From an uncultured Catonella sp. (GTDB lineage Bacteria > Bacillota > Clostridia > Lachnospirales > Lachnospiraceae), in contig CAKAGD010000001.1 in assembly GCA_916439065.1 (NCBI GenBank), positions 61,778-125,777 on the forward strand: DNA of 64,000 nt. Reading direction: 5' to 3'. The first letter of the stretch is position 1. Each line of letters begins with the position of its first letter. The position numbers and the translations under genes are program-made. Of this stretch, positions 1 to 13,808 are shown piece after piece. Under the pieces are notes generated by a model, which searched no databases, had not been told where the DNA came from, and worked only from the letters and a program-made list of their open reading frames with translations.

Positions 1-90
1 ATTTACTTTTTAATCATAAGTTATATTTCAAATATTAATTTATTTAGTTTTTTCGGATTAGACTAAATATTTTGCAAATGTTTGGTAATA

Positions 91-165
91 TCCCTCATAG
101 TCACAGACCTAAAATACAGTATTCTATTGTGTTATACGACACAACAGGTCTGTGACTTATGGGGA
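91..165. terminator. Long imperfect inverted repeat downstream of gyrB (terminator or REP-like hairpin)
   Basis: tccctcatagtcacagacct (91-110) pairs with aggtctgtgacttatgggga (146-165); small inner stem ttgtgt/acacaa. Confidence 0.5.
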
Positions 166-200
166 ATTTTTACTTAGACTTTTACTTTAATAATCCGGAT

Positions 201-3202
<3,002 letters not shown>

Positions 3203-3206
<4 letters not shown>

Positions 3207-3416
3207 TTGCCTCTACCTTTATCTCTTCATCCTTAAATTTAACAATGTCTCCTGAAACTATCTTTCTTCCACGCCTTGTATCTATCTGTCCATTCACAAA
3301 TACAAGACTGTTCTGAATGGCATACTTTGCCTCTACTCCATTATCTACAAGACCTGCAAGCTTTAGAATCTGTCCTAATTTAATATTGTCATCTTTTAAT
3401 TTTTAATAACCTGCAT
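3203..3416 (-). CDS. yaaA: S4-like RNA-binding protein YaaA (one homopolymer indel)
   Basis: Manual translation MQVIKLKDDNIKLGQILKLAGLVDNGVEAK...TRRGRKI; GGAGGT RBS; lies between dnaN and recF. Confidence 0.88.
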
Positions 3417-3436
3417 TGATACCTCCAAGTTTATAT

Positions 3437-4560
3437 TTAAATATCTTCAGGATTAAAATTTACCGGAAGAATTATGTATAAATAACTTTCCTCTTTATTT
3501 TCTAATAAAACAAAGGGGCCTTTTGGATTGAAAAAGGAAAATATCTATATTTTTCATCTTCAATTACTTTTGAGGCATCCATTACAAGTACAGGATTAAA
3601 TCCTATTATTATATCTTTTCCTTCTTTGGTAAGCTCTATGTCAGTGTTCATATTTCCGACAGTAGTCCTTATGCTTAAATTAATATTACTATCTGTAATA
3701 TTAAGTATTACAGGTTTTTTCTCCTTTTCAGTAATGAAAGGAAGGGCAGAATCCATGTTTTCAAGCAATTCTCTTCTGTTTACATTAATCTTAGTCTCAT
3801 AATCACTTGAAATCATCTGGTCTACATTATAGAATTCTCCGTCAATAAGCCTTGAATTAACAGTAGTATTGCTAAATTCAAATACTATATGTTTGTTTGA
3901 GAAGTAAATAACTACCTCATCAGCTACCTCACTTGAGAGGATTTTGCTTATTTCACTAAGAGTCTTACCTGGAACAACTGCCTTTATATTCTCATGTTCA
4001 CCTTCTATAGCAATCTTTCTTATGGATATTCTATGTCCATCAAGAGCTATAATTCTAAGGCTGTTTTCATTTACCTCAAGTAATTCTCCCGTCATTACCT
4101 TCATGTTTTCATTATTTGAAATTGAAAATAAGGTCTGTCTAATCATTTCCTTAAAAGAGAATTGTGAAAGTTTTATACTTTTAATTCTTTCAATCTCAGG
4201 TAAAACAGGAAATTCCTCTATACTCTGTCCTGATATTGTAAATACAGACTTACCACATTTTATAGTTGCTTTATAATTATCATCTGTATTAATCTCAACT
4301 AAATTATTAGGGAAGCTTTTCTTACTATATCAGAAAAAAGTCTTGAATTAAGAGCTATGCTTCCCTGATTTACAATTTCTCCGTTAACTATGGTTTCTAT
4401 TCCAAGTTCCATATCATTCGCAATTAATTTAATGGAATTTTCTGTAGCCTTAATAACTATACATTCAAGTATGGGTAAGGTAGTTTTAGTAGAAATAGCT
4501 TTAATTACAATATTTGATGCTTTTTAATTAAATCACTTTGATTTATTTCTTTATTAACAT
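3437..4560 (-). CDS. dnaN: DNA polymerase III beta sliding clamp (several homopolymer indels)
   Basis: N-terminus ...SINIVIKAISTKTTLPILEC, ALDGHRIS, VPGKTLSEI, IGFNP, C-terminus YIILPVNF; AAGGAG RBS. Confidence 0.93.
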
Positions 4561-4595
4561 TAGCTTTCTCCTTAGTTGCATATGTTCCCTCAAGG

Positions 4596-4799
4596 GGTGG
4601 ATAATTTCTATATAAATATAATATATACTTAGTAGTAGTAGGAAGGGTGGATATGGTTATAAGCCAAAAAAAGCCCATAAAATCAGTATTCATATGGCTT
4701 TATAAGACTGTGGAAAAGAAAAAATTACAAAATATGCTATTCACAGCTTACAAACATACTAATTAACATTGTCCAATATTTATCACAAAGTTATACACA
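4596..4799. promoter_or_regulatory. oriC unwinding region (dnaA-dnaN spacer) with DnaA boxes, DnaA-trios and AT-rich DUE
   Basis: DnaA-box-like 9-mers at 4596, 4646, 4709, 4737 and 4791; TAGTAGTAGTAG trio tract at 4630-4641 beside an AT-rich tract at ~4605-4629. Confidence 0.85.
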
Positions 4800-4804
4800 A
4801 TATT

Positions 4805-6180
4805 TTAAGAAGAAATGAGTTTAGTAATAACATCAAGTTTAAGTGACAGTTCATTCTTATTTGTCTTTTTTTCAGCTTCAAGATCTTCTTCTATCTTTCT
4901 TATGCCATGTACTATTGTAGAGTGATCTTTTTTACCAAGTTTAGATGCTATTTCTTTAAGTGAAGCAGATGTGAGCTGTTTGCATAAATACATTGCAATC
5001 TGCCTTGGATATGCTACATTACTGCTCCTGTTTGCTGAACGTAGTTGGTCAATTGAAAGCTCATAATGATTAGCAACCACATCTATAATAGTATCAATTG
5101 TTATTACATTTTTTACATTAGGATTTATTATATCTTTAAGTGCATTTTTAGCTATCTCAAGAGTAGCTTCTGTATTTACATTTACAAGCTTATTGAGGGC
5201 AGTAACTTTCTTATAGGCACCTTCAAGCTCTCTTATATTTGAATTGACATTAGTAGCTATATAATCAAGGATTTCATCACTTAAATGTTCATTTTCAAGT
5301 TCACAGCGTTTCTTTAGTATAGCCATTCTGGTTTCATAATCAGGAGGATAATCTCTGAAAGCATACCATTTCCAAATCTTGACCTTATTCTATCTTCTAT
5401 GTCAGTAAAGTCCTTAGGTGGGCGGTCTGAAGAAATAATAATACGCTTACCTGCCTGATAGAGTTCATTAAAAGTATGGAAAAATTCTTCTTCAGTACGC
5501 TTCTTTCCTATAACAAATTGAATATCATCTATTAACAGTGCATCTATATTACGATATTTCTTTCTAAATTCCTTAGGTGCAAGCACACCTTCTTTAATGG
5601 ATTCGATAACCTCATTCGTAAACTGCTCACTGGTAACATATAAAACCCTTGCATCTTTCTGATTTTCCAAAATATAATGAGCAATAGCATGCATAAGGTG
5701 GGTTTTTCCAAGTCCAACTCCACCATATATGAAGAGAGGATTCCAATCTGTACTTGGATTTTCAGCTACGGCAAGGGCTGCAGCTGTTACAAAACGGTTA
5801 TTTTCACCTATGACGAAGGTATCAAAAGTATAGTTTGGATTGAGATTTGCACTTGCAGCTCTCTCCATAAGTTTATTGTTGTTACTTTTTTCAGTATCAT
5901 AACTTCCCACTTCTTCTTTAGATATGAAATTAAGATTATATGATTTACCGGTAACAGCTTCTATGGAATTTTTTATGAAGGCATAGAACTTTTCCTTAAC
6001 ATAAGAATCATTGTGCTGGTAAACATCATCATCTAATAAAATAACAACAGTATCATCAGTTTCATCATAAACCTTTAAAGGTTTGATGAAGGTTGTAAAC
6101 AATACCGGCTTTATCTCAAAATCATTTTTCAAGCATTTCCAGTATAGAATCCCAGTTTTTTTACTAACTAATTGTTTCAT
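4805..6180 (-). CDS. dnaA: Chromosomal replication initiator DnaA (homopolymer indels)
   Basis: [66 protein letters not shown] before ATG at 6180. Confidence 0.97.
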
Positions 6181-6266
6181 AAGACAAAATACTCCTTTAT
6201 AATATAATATTTTTATCGCAAAAATTAAAGAAAAAAACAACCTAAAGAAATTAAGAGTTATTCAAG

Positions 6267-6489
6267 TTATCCACAATTTTTATGTTGATAACTCGTGGAA
6301 ATGTGTTAATTAATATTTTTATAAAAAAAGTTATCAACAGTAGTAGAATAAAATTTATAAAACATAATTATATAGGCAGTAGAAAGGGGGAAAAAAATGG
6401 GAAAGTAAAATAAAAATCCACACTTTATCCACAACTTATAAACATAATGTGGATAAGTTAGTATATTATTGTAGAATAAATGTGGATAT
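6267..6489. promoter_or_regulatory. DnaA-box cluster upstream of dnaA (second part of a bipartite oriC / dnaA autoregulation)
   Basis: Perfect TTATCCACA at 6267 and 6425, TGTGGATAA at 6448; near matches at 6283, 6331, 6436 and 6481. Confidence 0.88.
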
Positions 6490-6624
6490 ATGTTATATAA
6501 AATTTTCTACGCACATAGAATTAGAAAAATGAAAGTTTTTCTTGATTTTTAGCTAATATGCTGATATTATAAGGGTTGATTGTATTTAATCGTTAAACTA
6601 GAGTGAGTTAAGGAGGTGTACTAA

Positions 6625-6759
6625 ATGAAGATGACATTCCAGCCTAAGAAGAGGCAGAGATCAAAGGTTCATGGATTCCGTAAGAGAATGAAGACAGCTG
6701 ATGGCAGAAGAGTATTAGCTAGAAGAAGAGCTAAGGGTAGAAAGAAATTATCTGCATAA
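6625..6759 (+). CDS. rpmH: 50S ribosomal protein L34
   Basis: Manual translation [55 protein letters not shown]. Confidence 0.98.
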   Translation: MKMTFQPKKRQRSKVHGFRKRMKTADGRRVLARRRAKGRKKLSA

Positions 6760-6822
6760 TCGGTTACAATAACAATAAGGACACAGGCCTTGCCGGTGTC
6801 CGTTTGTTTATCAGGGAAAAAT

Positions 6823-7176
6823 ATGTTACCTAATTCGTTGAAGAATTCAATAGAATTCAAAAGAGTCTATGACTACGGTAAATCTTTTGCCAACAAATAT
6901 CTGGTTATGTATGTATATAATAATGAAACAAATAATAACAGGATAGGAATATCGGTTAGTAAGAAGGTTGGCAACAGCGTAGTCAGACATAGAGCAACCA
7001 GATTAATAAGGGAAAGCGTGAGGCTTAACAAAGAGATTGTTAAAAAAGGTTATGATATCGTTATTATAGCCAGAGGAAATATTAAAGATAAGAAATATGC
7101 GGATGTAGAGAGTGCTTATATTCACCTTTGTAAATTGCATCACTTGCTTAATGAGAAAAGAGATGATAAGAATTGA
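6823..7176 (+). CDS. rnpA: Ribonuclease P protein component
   Basis: RIGISVSKKVGNSVVRHRATRLIRE motif; follows rpmH. Confidence 0.96.
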   Translation: MLPNSLKNSIEFKRVYDYGKSFANKYLVMYVYNNETNNNRIGISVSKKVGNSVVRHRATRLIRESVRLNKEIVKKGYDIVIIARGNIKDKKYADVESAYIHLCKLHHLLNEKRDDKN

Positions 7177-7388
7177 TAAAGAGATTTCTTATATTTTTAA
7201 TAAAGATTTATAAAAATCATATATCTCCTTATAAAGGGAGCCCAATGTGCAGGTTTATTCCATCTTGTTCAACCTATGCTGTGCAGGCTATTGAAAAGTA
7301 TGGAGCCTTAAAGGGCTCTTGTTTGGCTGTAAAGAGAATTATGAGATGTCATCCTCTGTCTAAGGGCGGTGTCGATTTTGTACCTTAA
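7173..7388 (+). CDS. yidD: Membrane protein insertion efficiency factor YidD
   Basis: CRFIPSCSTYAVQAI...RCHP..GGVDFVP. Confidence 0.96.
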   Translation: MIKRFLIFLIKIYKNHISPYKGSPMCRFIPSCSTYAVQAIEKYGALKGSCLAVKRIMRCHPLSKGGVDFVP

Positions 7389-7412
7389 TGAAAGATTTAG
7401 GAGGACGGTAGT

Positions 7413-8686
7413 TTGATCCAACAGGTATTTGCACTTACACAGTATAATGGTGCTATAGTGGGCCCTATTGCAAGAATACTTGCATACATAATGAATGGGA
7501 TTTATTCTGTATTTTCTGCAATCGGTATAGAAAATGCAGCTATTTGTATTTTATTGTTTACATTTATAATGAGAGCTTTGATGATGCCTATGTATTATAA
7601 GCAGCAGAAAGTAGGAAAGCTCACTTCAAGAATGAGTCCTGAACTTCAGGAAATATCAAAGAAATACAAGGGAAAGCGTGATCCTGAGTCACAGCGAAAG
7701 ATGCAGCTTGAAACTCAGGCAGTTTATGAGAAATATGGTTCTAATCCGCTTGCGGGCTGTCTGCCTATTCTTATTACCCTGCCTATAATGTTCGGTCTTT
7801 ACAGAATAGTCCAGAGCATGCCTGCTTATATGCCGGCAATCAGAAGCTTGTATGAGAATATAGCTACTCCTCTTATGGGACAGAGCAATTATGCAGCTAC
7901 TTTAACAGAGATAGCTAACAGCAATACAGTTAAGCTTGTTACAGAGGGCGATAATGCTACTATATTAAACTCTGTGATAGATGTACTTGCTACATTTAAC
8001 CATGATAAATGGGAAGCACTTAAAACAGGTTTTAGCAGTATTTCAAATGTAATAGCTGTTAATTCTGCTGAAATAGAGCATATTAACAGCGTATTTGGAC
8101 TTTTTTCAATATCAGATGTACCGGGATTTTCTAAGCCGCTTACCTTTATAGTACCTATACTTGCAGGTGTACTTCAGTATATCAATGGTAAGCAGATGGT
8201 GAAGAATCAACCGCAGACAGACGGAAATGATCAGGCTGCTGCACTTAGTAAGAACATGATGAATTTCATGCCATTATGCAGGCTTTCTTCTGTCTTACCT
8301 TCCCTATCGGTATTGGTGTATACTGGATTGCAGGTAGCATATTTATGATAATCCAGCAGTATTTCTTTAATAAGATGCTTGAAAATGTAGATGTTGATGA
8401 AATGATAAGGAAGAATCAGGAAAAGGCTGCCAGACTTCGTGCAAAAAGAGGAGAAGCGCCTGTAGCTGAGAAATTTAATCAGTTTGCAAATACTTCAACC
8501 AAATCTATAGCAGCTACAAATACAAAGAAGATTGAGAACGATTCTTCAGAGACATCTAAGAGTACTGAAAAGGGGATTACAATTAAGGCTAAGAACAACT
8601 ACAAGATAACAGATTACAAAAAGCGTGAGGGTGAATATAAGGCTAATAACATTTCTGATGTAGCCAATATGTTAAAGAGAGACTAG
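7413..8686 (+). CDS. yidC: YidC/Oxa1 membrane protein insertase (one indel near 8280)
   Basis: GCLPILITLP, P.GIGVYWI motifs; conserved gene order. Confidence 0.93.
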
Positions 8687-8703
8687 GTATTGGAGGGTAG
8701 ATT

Positions 8704-9663
8704 ATGAGTAATGAATGGATTGAAATTTCAGCAAAAACAGTTGATGATGCTATAACTGAAGGTCTTGTAAGACTTGGAACAACTACAGATAAAATGGATG
8801 TAGAAGTGCTTGAGAAGGAAAGTTCAGGATTCTTAGGGTTTATCGGTAAGCACGATGCAAGGATAAGAGTTAGGATTAAAGAAGTTAAATCTTCTTCCAT
8901 GCCTTTGAAAAAGGAAGTTAGACAGGAAAAGCCTGCTAAAGTTAAGGATCATACTGAGGCTAAGGCTGAAGAAAAGCATGTGACTGAAGTTCATAGAAAG
9001 CCTAAAAAGAAATTTGATGAGAATGATAAGGGCGAGCCTGTATCTTCTGAAAGACAGGAAAAGGCTAAGGCTGACGCTGTTAAATTCCTTACAGATGTAT
9101 TTAATGCTATGAATCTTGAGGCATCTATAAATGTGGAATTTGATTCTGCTGAAAATGAGCTTACAATTGATGTAAAGGCTGAGGATATGGGAGTTCTTAT
9201 AGGAAAGCGTGGACAGACTCTTGATTCTCTCCAGTACATAGTAAGCCTTGCAATCAACAAGGATTGCAGTGAATATGTAAAGGTTAAGCTTGATTCTGAG
9301 AACTATAGAGTAAGAAGAAAAGAGACTCTCGAGAACTTAGCTAAGAATATTGCATCTAAGGTTAAGAGAACTGGAAAGGCTGTTTCACTTGAGCCTATGA
9401 ATTCATTTGAAAGAAGAATAATTCATTCTGCTCTTCAGGGAGATTCTGATTGTGAGACCTATAGTGAGGGTGCTGATCCTTACCGCAAGGTTGTAGTTAA
9501 GCCAAAGAATGAAGGAAAATCTTATTATAACAGCAGATACAACAAGGGTTATAGTAAGAAGCCTTATGGAAGAAAGCCATACCACAAGAGTGGTTATAAT
9601 AAGAACTATTCTAAAAAATATGGTAAAAATGAGTTTCTTGATAAGACAGATGTAGAAGAATAA
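8704..9663 (+). CDS. jag: Jag/EloR (KhpB) RNA-binding protein
   Basis: Jag N-terminus, KH motif LIGKRGQTLDSLQ, R3H motif ERRIIHSAL. Confidence 0.96.
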   Translation: MSNEWIEISAKTVDDAITEGLVRLGTTTDKMDVEVLEKESSGFLGFIGKHDARIRVRIKEVKSSSMPLKKEVRQEKPAKVKDHTEAKAEEKHVTEVHRKPKKKFDENDKGEPVSSERQEKAKADAVKFLTDVFNAMNLEASINVEFDSAENELTIDVKAEDMGVLIGKRGQTLDSLQYIVSLAINKDCSEYVKVKLDSENYRVRRKETLENLAKNIASKVKRTGKAVSLEPMNSFERRIIHSALQGDSDCETYSEGADPYRKVVVKPKNEGKSYYNSRYNKGYSKKPYGRKPYHKSGYNKNYSKKYGKNEFLDKTDVEE

Positions 9664-9668
9664 AATAT

Positions 9669-9704
9669 TCCCCGTAGAATCAATTGTGATTTTACGGGGA
9701 TTTT
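9669..9704 (+). terminator. Intrinsic terminator after jag
   Basis: tccccgtagaatca / tgattttacgggga stem followed by T's. Confidence 0.75.
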
Positions 9705-9842
9705 GTTGTTTATGGGGTGAAATTGTGATAGTATGGGGAAGGAAGTGTAGGTAATTAAATGTTCTGAAATGGGAAAAATTATTGTAAAATTAAGAAAAAT
9801 ATATTATTATTAAAATAATAATATGAAAGGAGGAAATATACA

Positions 9843-11094
9843 TTGATTCAAAGAAAAAGAATTTTTTTAAATGAATTGGTAAAATGGAAAAAAATGAGAA
9901 AGTAATAAAAAGTAATTACGGGTATGAGAAGAGCCGGTAAGTCCACATTACTCTTGCAATATCAGGAATATTTAAAACAAAGTGGAGTTGAGGAAGGGTG
10001 TATTGTATCTATTAATTTTGAAGAGTTGGAGTATGAAGATCTATGTGATTACAGAAAGTTATATAACTATATAAAAGATAGATTGATTGAAGGTAAAACT
10101 ACTTATATTTTTTTAGATGAAATACAAAAAAAGTAAAAAGATTTTGAAAAAGGTTATAGATAGTCTTTATGTAAAATCAGGAACAGATATATATATTACA
10201 GGTTCAAATGCATATTTTCTTTCAGGTAATCTTGCAACATATCTTACAGGAAGATATGTCGAAATTTTAGTTTTACCTTTTTCTTTTAAGGAATACAAAG
10301 AAGTAGTTAATTTAGATAGCGAGAGTGCCTTTTTAGATTATATGAAATATGGCGGTTTGCCTTTTTTGACTACTATGGAAAAGGATATAGATAAGGCTTA
10401 TACTTATTTAGAGGGGATTTACAGTACGGTTATAGTTAAGGATATAGAGGATAGAATAAACCTACAGGTAGTAGATAATGATAAAAAGAAAAAAATATAT
10501 GATATATCTTTATTAAAATTGATTGCAAAATATCTTGCTAGTGTAGTTGGAAGCCCTGTTTCAATTAGGGGAATAACAAATTATATTGTATCTTCAGGAA
10601 GAAAAGTATCACAAAATACAGTAAGTGATTATGTGGAAGCCCTGAAGGAAGCTTTTATTTTTTTATGAAGTGAGTCGTTTTGATATTGTAGGAAAGCAAA
10701 TATTAAGTTCAAATAAAAAAATATTATATTGTAGATTTGGGACTTAGAAATTATATTTTACCTCGTAAAAAAATTACGATTTAGGTTTTTTTCTATCGAA
10801 AATATTGTGTACTTTGAATTAATAAGACGAGGATATAATGTAAATATCGGAAAACAGGACAAAGAAGAGGTCGATTTTGTTGTTGCTAAAAATGGAATTA
10901 TTACTTATATTCAGGTAACTGCTGATATGACGGCAAAAGAAACTTTTGAAAGAGAGATAAGACCGTTAAATATGATTAAAGATAACTATAAAAAAATAAT
11001 ATTGACATTAGATAAACTAACTCTAGGTGATTATGCCGGTATTCAGGTAGAAAATCTTATACAATGGCTATTGGAGGATGGTATAGATGAATGA
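9843..11094 (+). CDS. AAA_14 / DUF4143-type ATP-binding protein (multiple homopolymer indels)
   Basis: GMRRAGKS Walker A, IFLDEIQ Walker B, ITGSNA, YMKYGGLP, EVDFV...YIQV C-terminus; TTG start after AGGAGG. Confidence 0.85.
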
Positions 11095-12457
11095 TACAAT
11101 TACGGCGATTTCCACTGCGGTTGGAAATTCAGGAATAAGTATTATAAGAATAAGTGGTGAAGATGCCTTTAATATAGCGGGAAAGCTGATGAAACTATCT
11201 TCTACTGATGTAGATAAAATAGACACCCATACCATTAAATACGGGCATATTTATAATGAGACAGATGTAGTAGATGAGGTCTTGGTTTCATTTATGAAGG
11301 GACCAAGGACTTATACAAGAGAAGATGTAGTGGAAATAAACTGCCACGGTGGTGCATTTATAACAAAAAAAGTGCTTGAAACTGCTATAAAAGCAGGAGC
11401 AAGGCTTGCAGAACCAGGAGAATTTACAAAAAGAGCCTTTCTTTCAGGACGAATTGACCTTACACAGGCAGAAGCGGTTATGGACATCATAAGAGCAGAC
11501 AGCGACTATGCCATAAAGAGTGCAGGCAGAAGGCTAAACGGTGGAATAGGAGATAAATTAAAGCCTGTAAAAGAGAGCATTTTAACCGATATGGCTTATA
11601 TAGAGGCAGCCCTTGATGACCCTGAGCACATGTCACTTGATGGTAAGGCTGAGGAGATAAGGGAAAATGTTGTTAACAATATAAATGCCTTGGATAACAT
11701 TTTTGGGAAAATGCAGGTAAAGGAAGGATAATTAAAGAGGGCATTAAGACTGTAATAGTTGGAAAGCCGAATGTGGGTAAGTCTTCATTTCTTAACTACA
11801 TTTCAGGGGAAGATGTTGCCATAGTAACCGATATTCCGGGCACTACAAGGGATGCTCTGATGCAGAGTGTAAGCCTTGGGGATATCTCTCTTAATATTGT
11901 GGATACAGCAGGAATTAGGGAGACTGACAATGAGATTGAGAGAATGGGAATTGAGAGGGCGAAGGAGCATCTAAGTGATGCAGACCTTGTGCTTATGATA
12001 ATAGATGTATCTAAGCCACTTTCCACAGAGGACAAGGAGCTTTTTAGATGAGATTAAATCCAGAAAATCCGTTCTTATCTTAAATAAAACGGACCTTGAA
12101 AGAGGATTGACGGATGAGGAATACAAGGCTTTTTCGGAATTCAATCCTGTAGAAATATCGGCAAAGAAGAGGGTTGGAATAGAGAAATTAACTGAGATAA
12201 TAAAAGAGATGTTCTTTAACGGGGAGTTAGACTTTAACAATGAAATCTATCTTTCCAATCTGCGGCAGGAGGGCGCAATAAGAAGGGCTAAGGAAAGCCT
12301 TAATATGGTACTTGAGTCCATAGACTCAGGTGTGTCTGAGGACTTTTATACTATTGACCTTATGAATGCTTATAATGCCATTGGTGAAGTAACCGGTGAT
12401 ACCACCAGTGAGGATTTGGCTGATAAGATATTTAAGGATTTTTGTATGGGGAAGTAG
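11087..12457 (+). CDS. mnmE: tRNA modification GTPase MnmE (TrmE), two indels
   Basis: DTITAIST, EINCHGG, GKPNVGKSS, TDIPGTTRD, DTAGIR, NKTD, FCMGK C-terminus. Confidence 0.96.
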
Positions 12458-12514
12458 GTTGTGGTAATGTACTCGTTTAATATACAAAGTTATAATGAGA
12501 TTGTAGATTATAAG

Positions 12515-12712
12515 TGACGCCCCTAATGATAACATTTCAGACTCGCTCCGGTTTTTCTGTAAGCGTCAGTTTTTAGTATTGTTATGTTGACGAAAAACCT
12601 AATGCGCTCGCTTAGAATTTATCATTAGGTGCTGATATCTAAAATATTTAATGGTAATATTATTCATAATAGTGATAAAATAACGGTACATTAGCCACAA
12701 TAGAGAATTGTG
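12515..12712 (+). repeat. Modular palindromic element, copy 1 (partial: one stem-loop module plus degenerate right end)
   Basis: TGACGC-cctaatgataa...CAGACTCGCTCCGG[insert]CCTAATGCGCTCGCTT...ttatcattagg-tGCTG; ends acattagccacaatagagaattg. Confidence 0.8.
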
Positions 12713-12817
12713 TACGAGATTATGATTTTATTTAGTATCTTTAATTTATTGTTAGCCAAACTAAGTTTTATATTTAGAACTTGTATTATAAAATTAGAAA
12801 AGAAAAGGAGAAATGTT

Positions 12818-13161
12818 ATGCCATTTATTAATTCTAAAATTACTAAGAAGATCAGTAGAGACGAGGAACTTATTGTTAAGGATAGGCTTGGAAAGGCAAT
12901 TGAGCTGATACCTGGGAAAAGTGAGGCTTGGCTTATGGTTAATTTTGAACCTGAAAGTCATCTTTATTTTAAGGGCAGTAATGATAAGGATATAGCCTAT
13001 GTGGAAGTAAGTGTATTTGGCAGTGAGAATAAGGAGGCTTTAATAATTTGACTGCTGAGATAACAAAGATATTTAACGAGGTACTTGGAATAGAGCTTGA
13101 GAGAATCTATGTAAAATACGAAACAACAACAAACTGGGGCTGGAATGGTGGGAATTTTTAA
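12818..13161 (+). CDS. MIF/tautomerase-like protein (one indel)
   Basis: N-terminal MPFI, PGKSEAWLMV, C-terminal WGWNGGNF. Confidence 0.8.
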
Positions 13162-13279
13162 TGGAAAGATTTTGCATATAGTTGCTGGATGTGATAATAT
13201 GAAAATATATGTGATAACCGTGTATTATCCTGACACAAAAAAATTCGAAGATGACTTAAAAACTAGGAGGAAGGAGTAA
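13160..13279 (+). pseudogene. 3' remnant of a DUF4258-type putative toxin gene
   Basis: Frame without a start: NGKILHIVAGCDNMKIYVITVYYPDTKKFEDDLKTRRKE*, directly before a YgiT-type gene. Confidence 0.7.
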
Positions 13280-13284
13280 AGAAT

Positions 13285-13512
13285 ATGTGTATGTATTGTA
13301 AAAATAGAACAACAGTAGCAAGTACGACTACACATGTAGTAAATTATAATAATTGTATTATTGTTATTAAAAATGTTCCTTGCCTTGAGTGTGAGCAGTG
13401 TGGAGAAAAATATTATACAGATGAAGTTGCAGAGAGGCTTGAAATTATTGTAGATACAGCTAAAAAAATGATGCAGGAAATTGCTGTAATTGATTATCCA
13501 CAGGTTGCTTAG
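13285..13512 (+). CDS. YgiT-type zinc finger protein (MqsA-like antitoxin)
   Basis: MCMYCK...IIVIKNVPCLECEQCGEKYY. Confidence 0.85.
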   Translation: MCMYCKNRTTVASTTTHVVNYNNCIIVIKNVPCLECEQCGEKYYTDEVAERLEIIVDTAKKMMQEIAVIDYPQVA

Positions 13513-13525
13513 AGAATATAGATTT

Positions 13526-13554
13526 AGGAGATGGTATGTACTTCATCTCCTTTT
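13526..13554 (+). terminator. Intrinsic terminator
   Basis: aggagatg / catctcct stem followed by T's. Confidence 0.6.
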
Positions 13555-13573
13555 CTGTTATTTTATGATACAA

Positions 13574-13764
13574 GTGTCAAAATTTAAGAAATTCGATGCA
13601 AGCTTGCTTGCAAGAGAATTTATTAACTTTTGACACGCAAAAAATATGAGTAAGCAGCCATTTTTTGCAAAAAATGAGCGGATTACGAATATTTTTTCAA
13701 GGATTGCGAAAAGCGTAGCTGTAGCAATCCTGTATCAATGGGTGTCAAATACTTTTGACACCCA
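13574..13764. repeat. Four-hairpin palindromic element bounded by GTGTCAAA/TTTGACAC (MITE- or REP-like)
   Basis: gtgtcaaaa..ttttgacac, aaaaatat..atattttt, aggattgc..gcaatcct, tgggtgtcaaa..tttgacaccca. Confidence 0.65.
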
Positions 13765-13808
13765 CATCATTTTATAATAGTACTAATAATGTTGAAAGGA
13801 TAAAGTAT

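Noticed and set aside
1..200. gyrA not adjacent to gyrB
   Set aside because: Only 200 bp are visible; gyrA may start just outside the window
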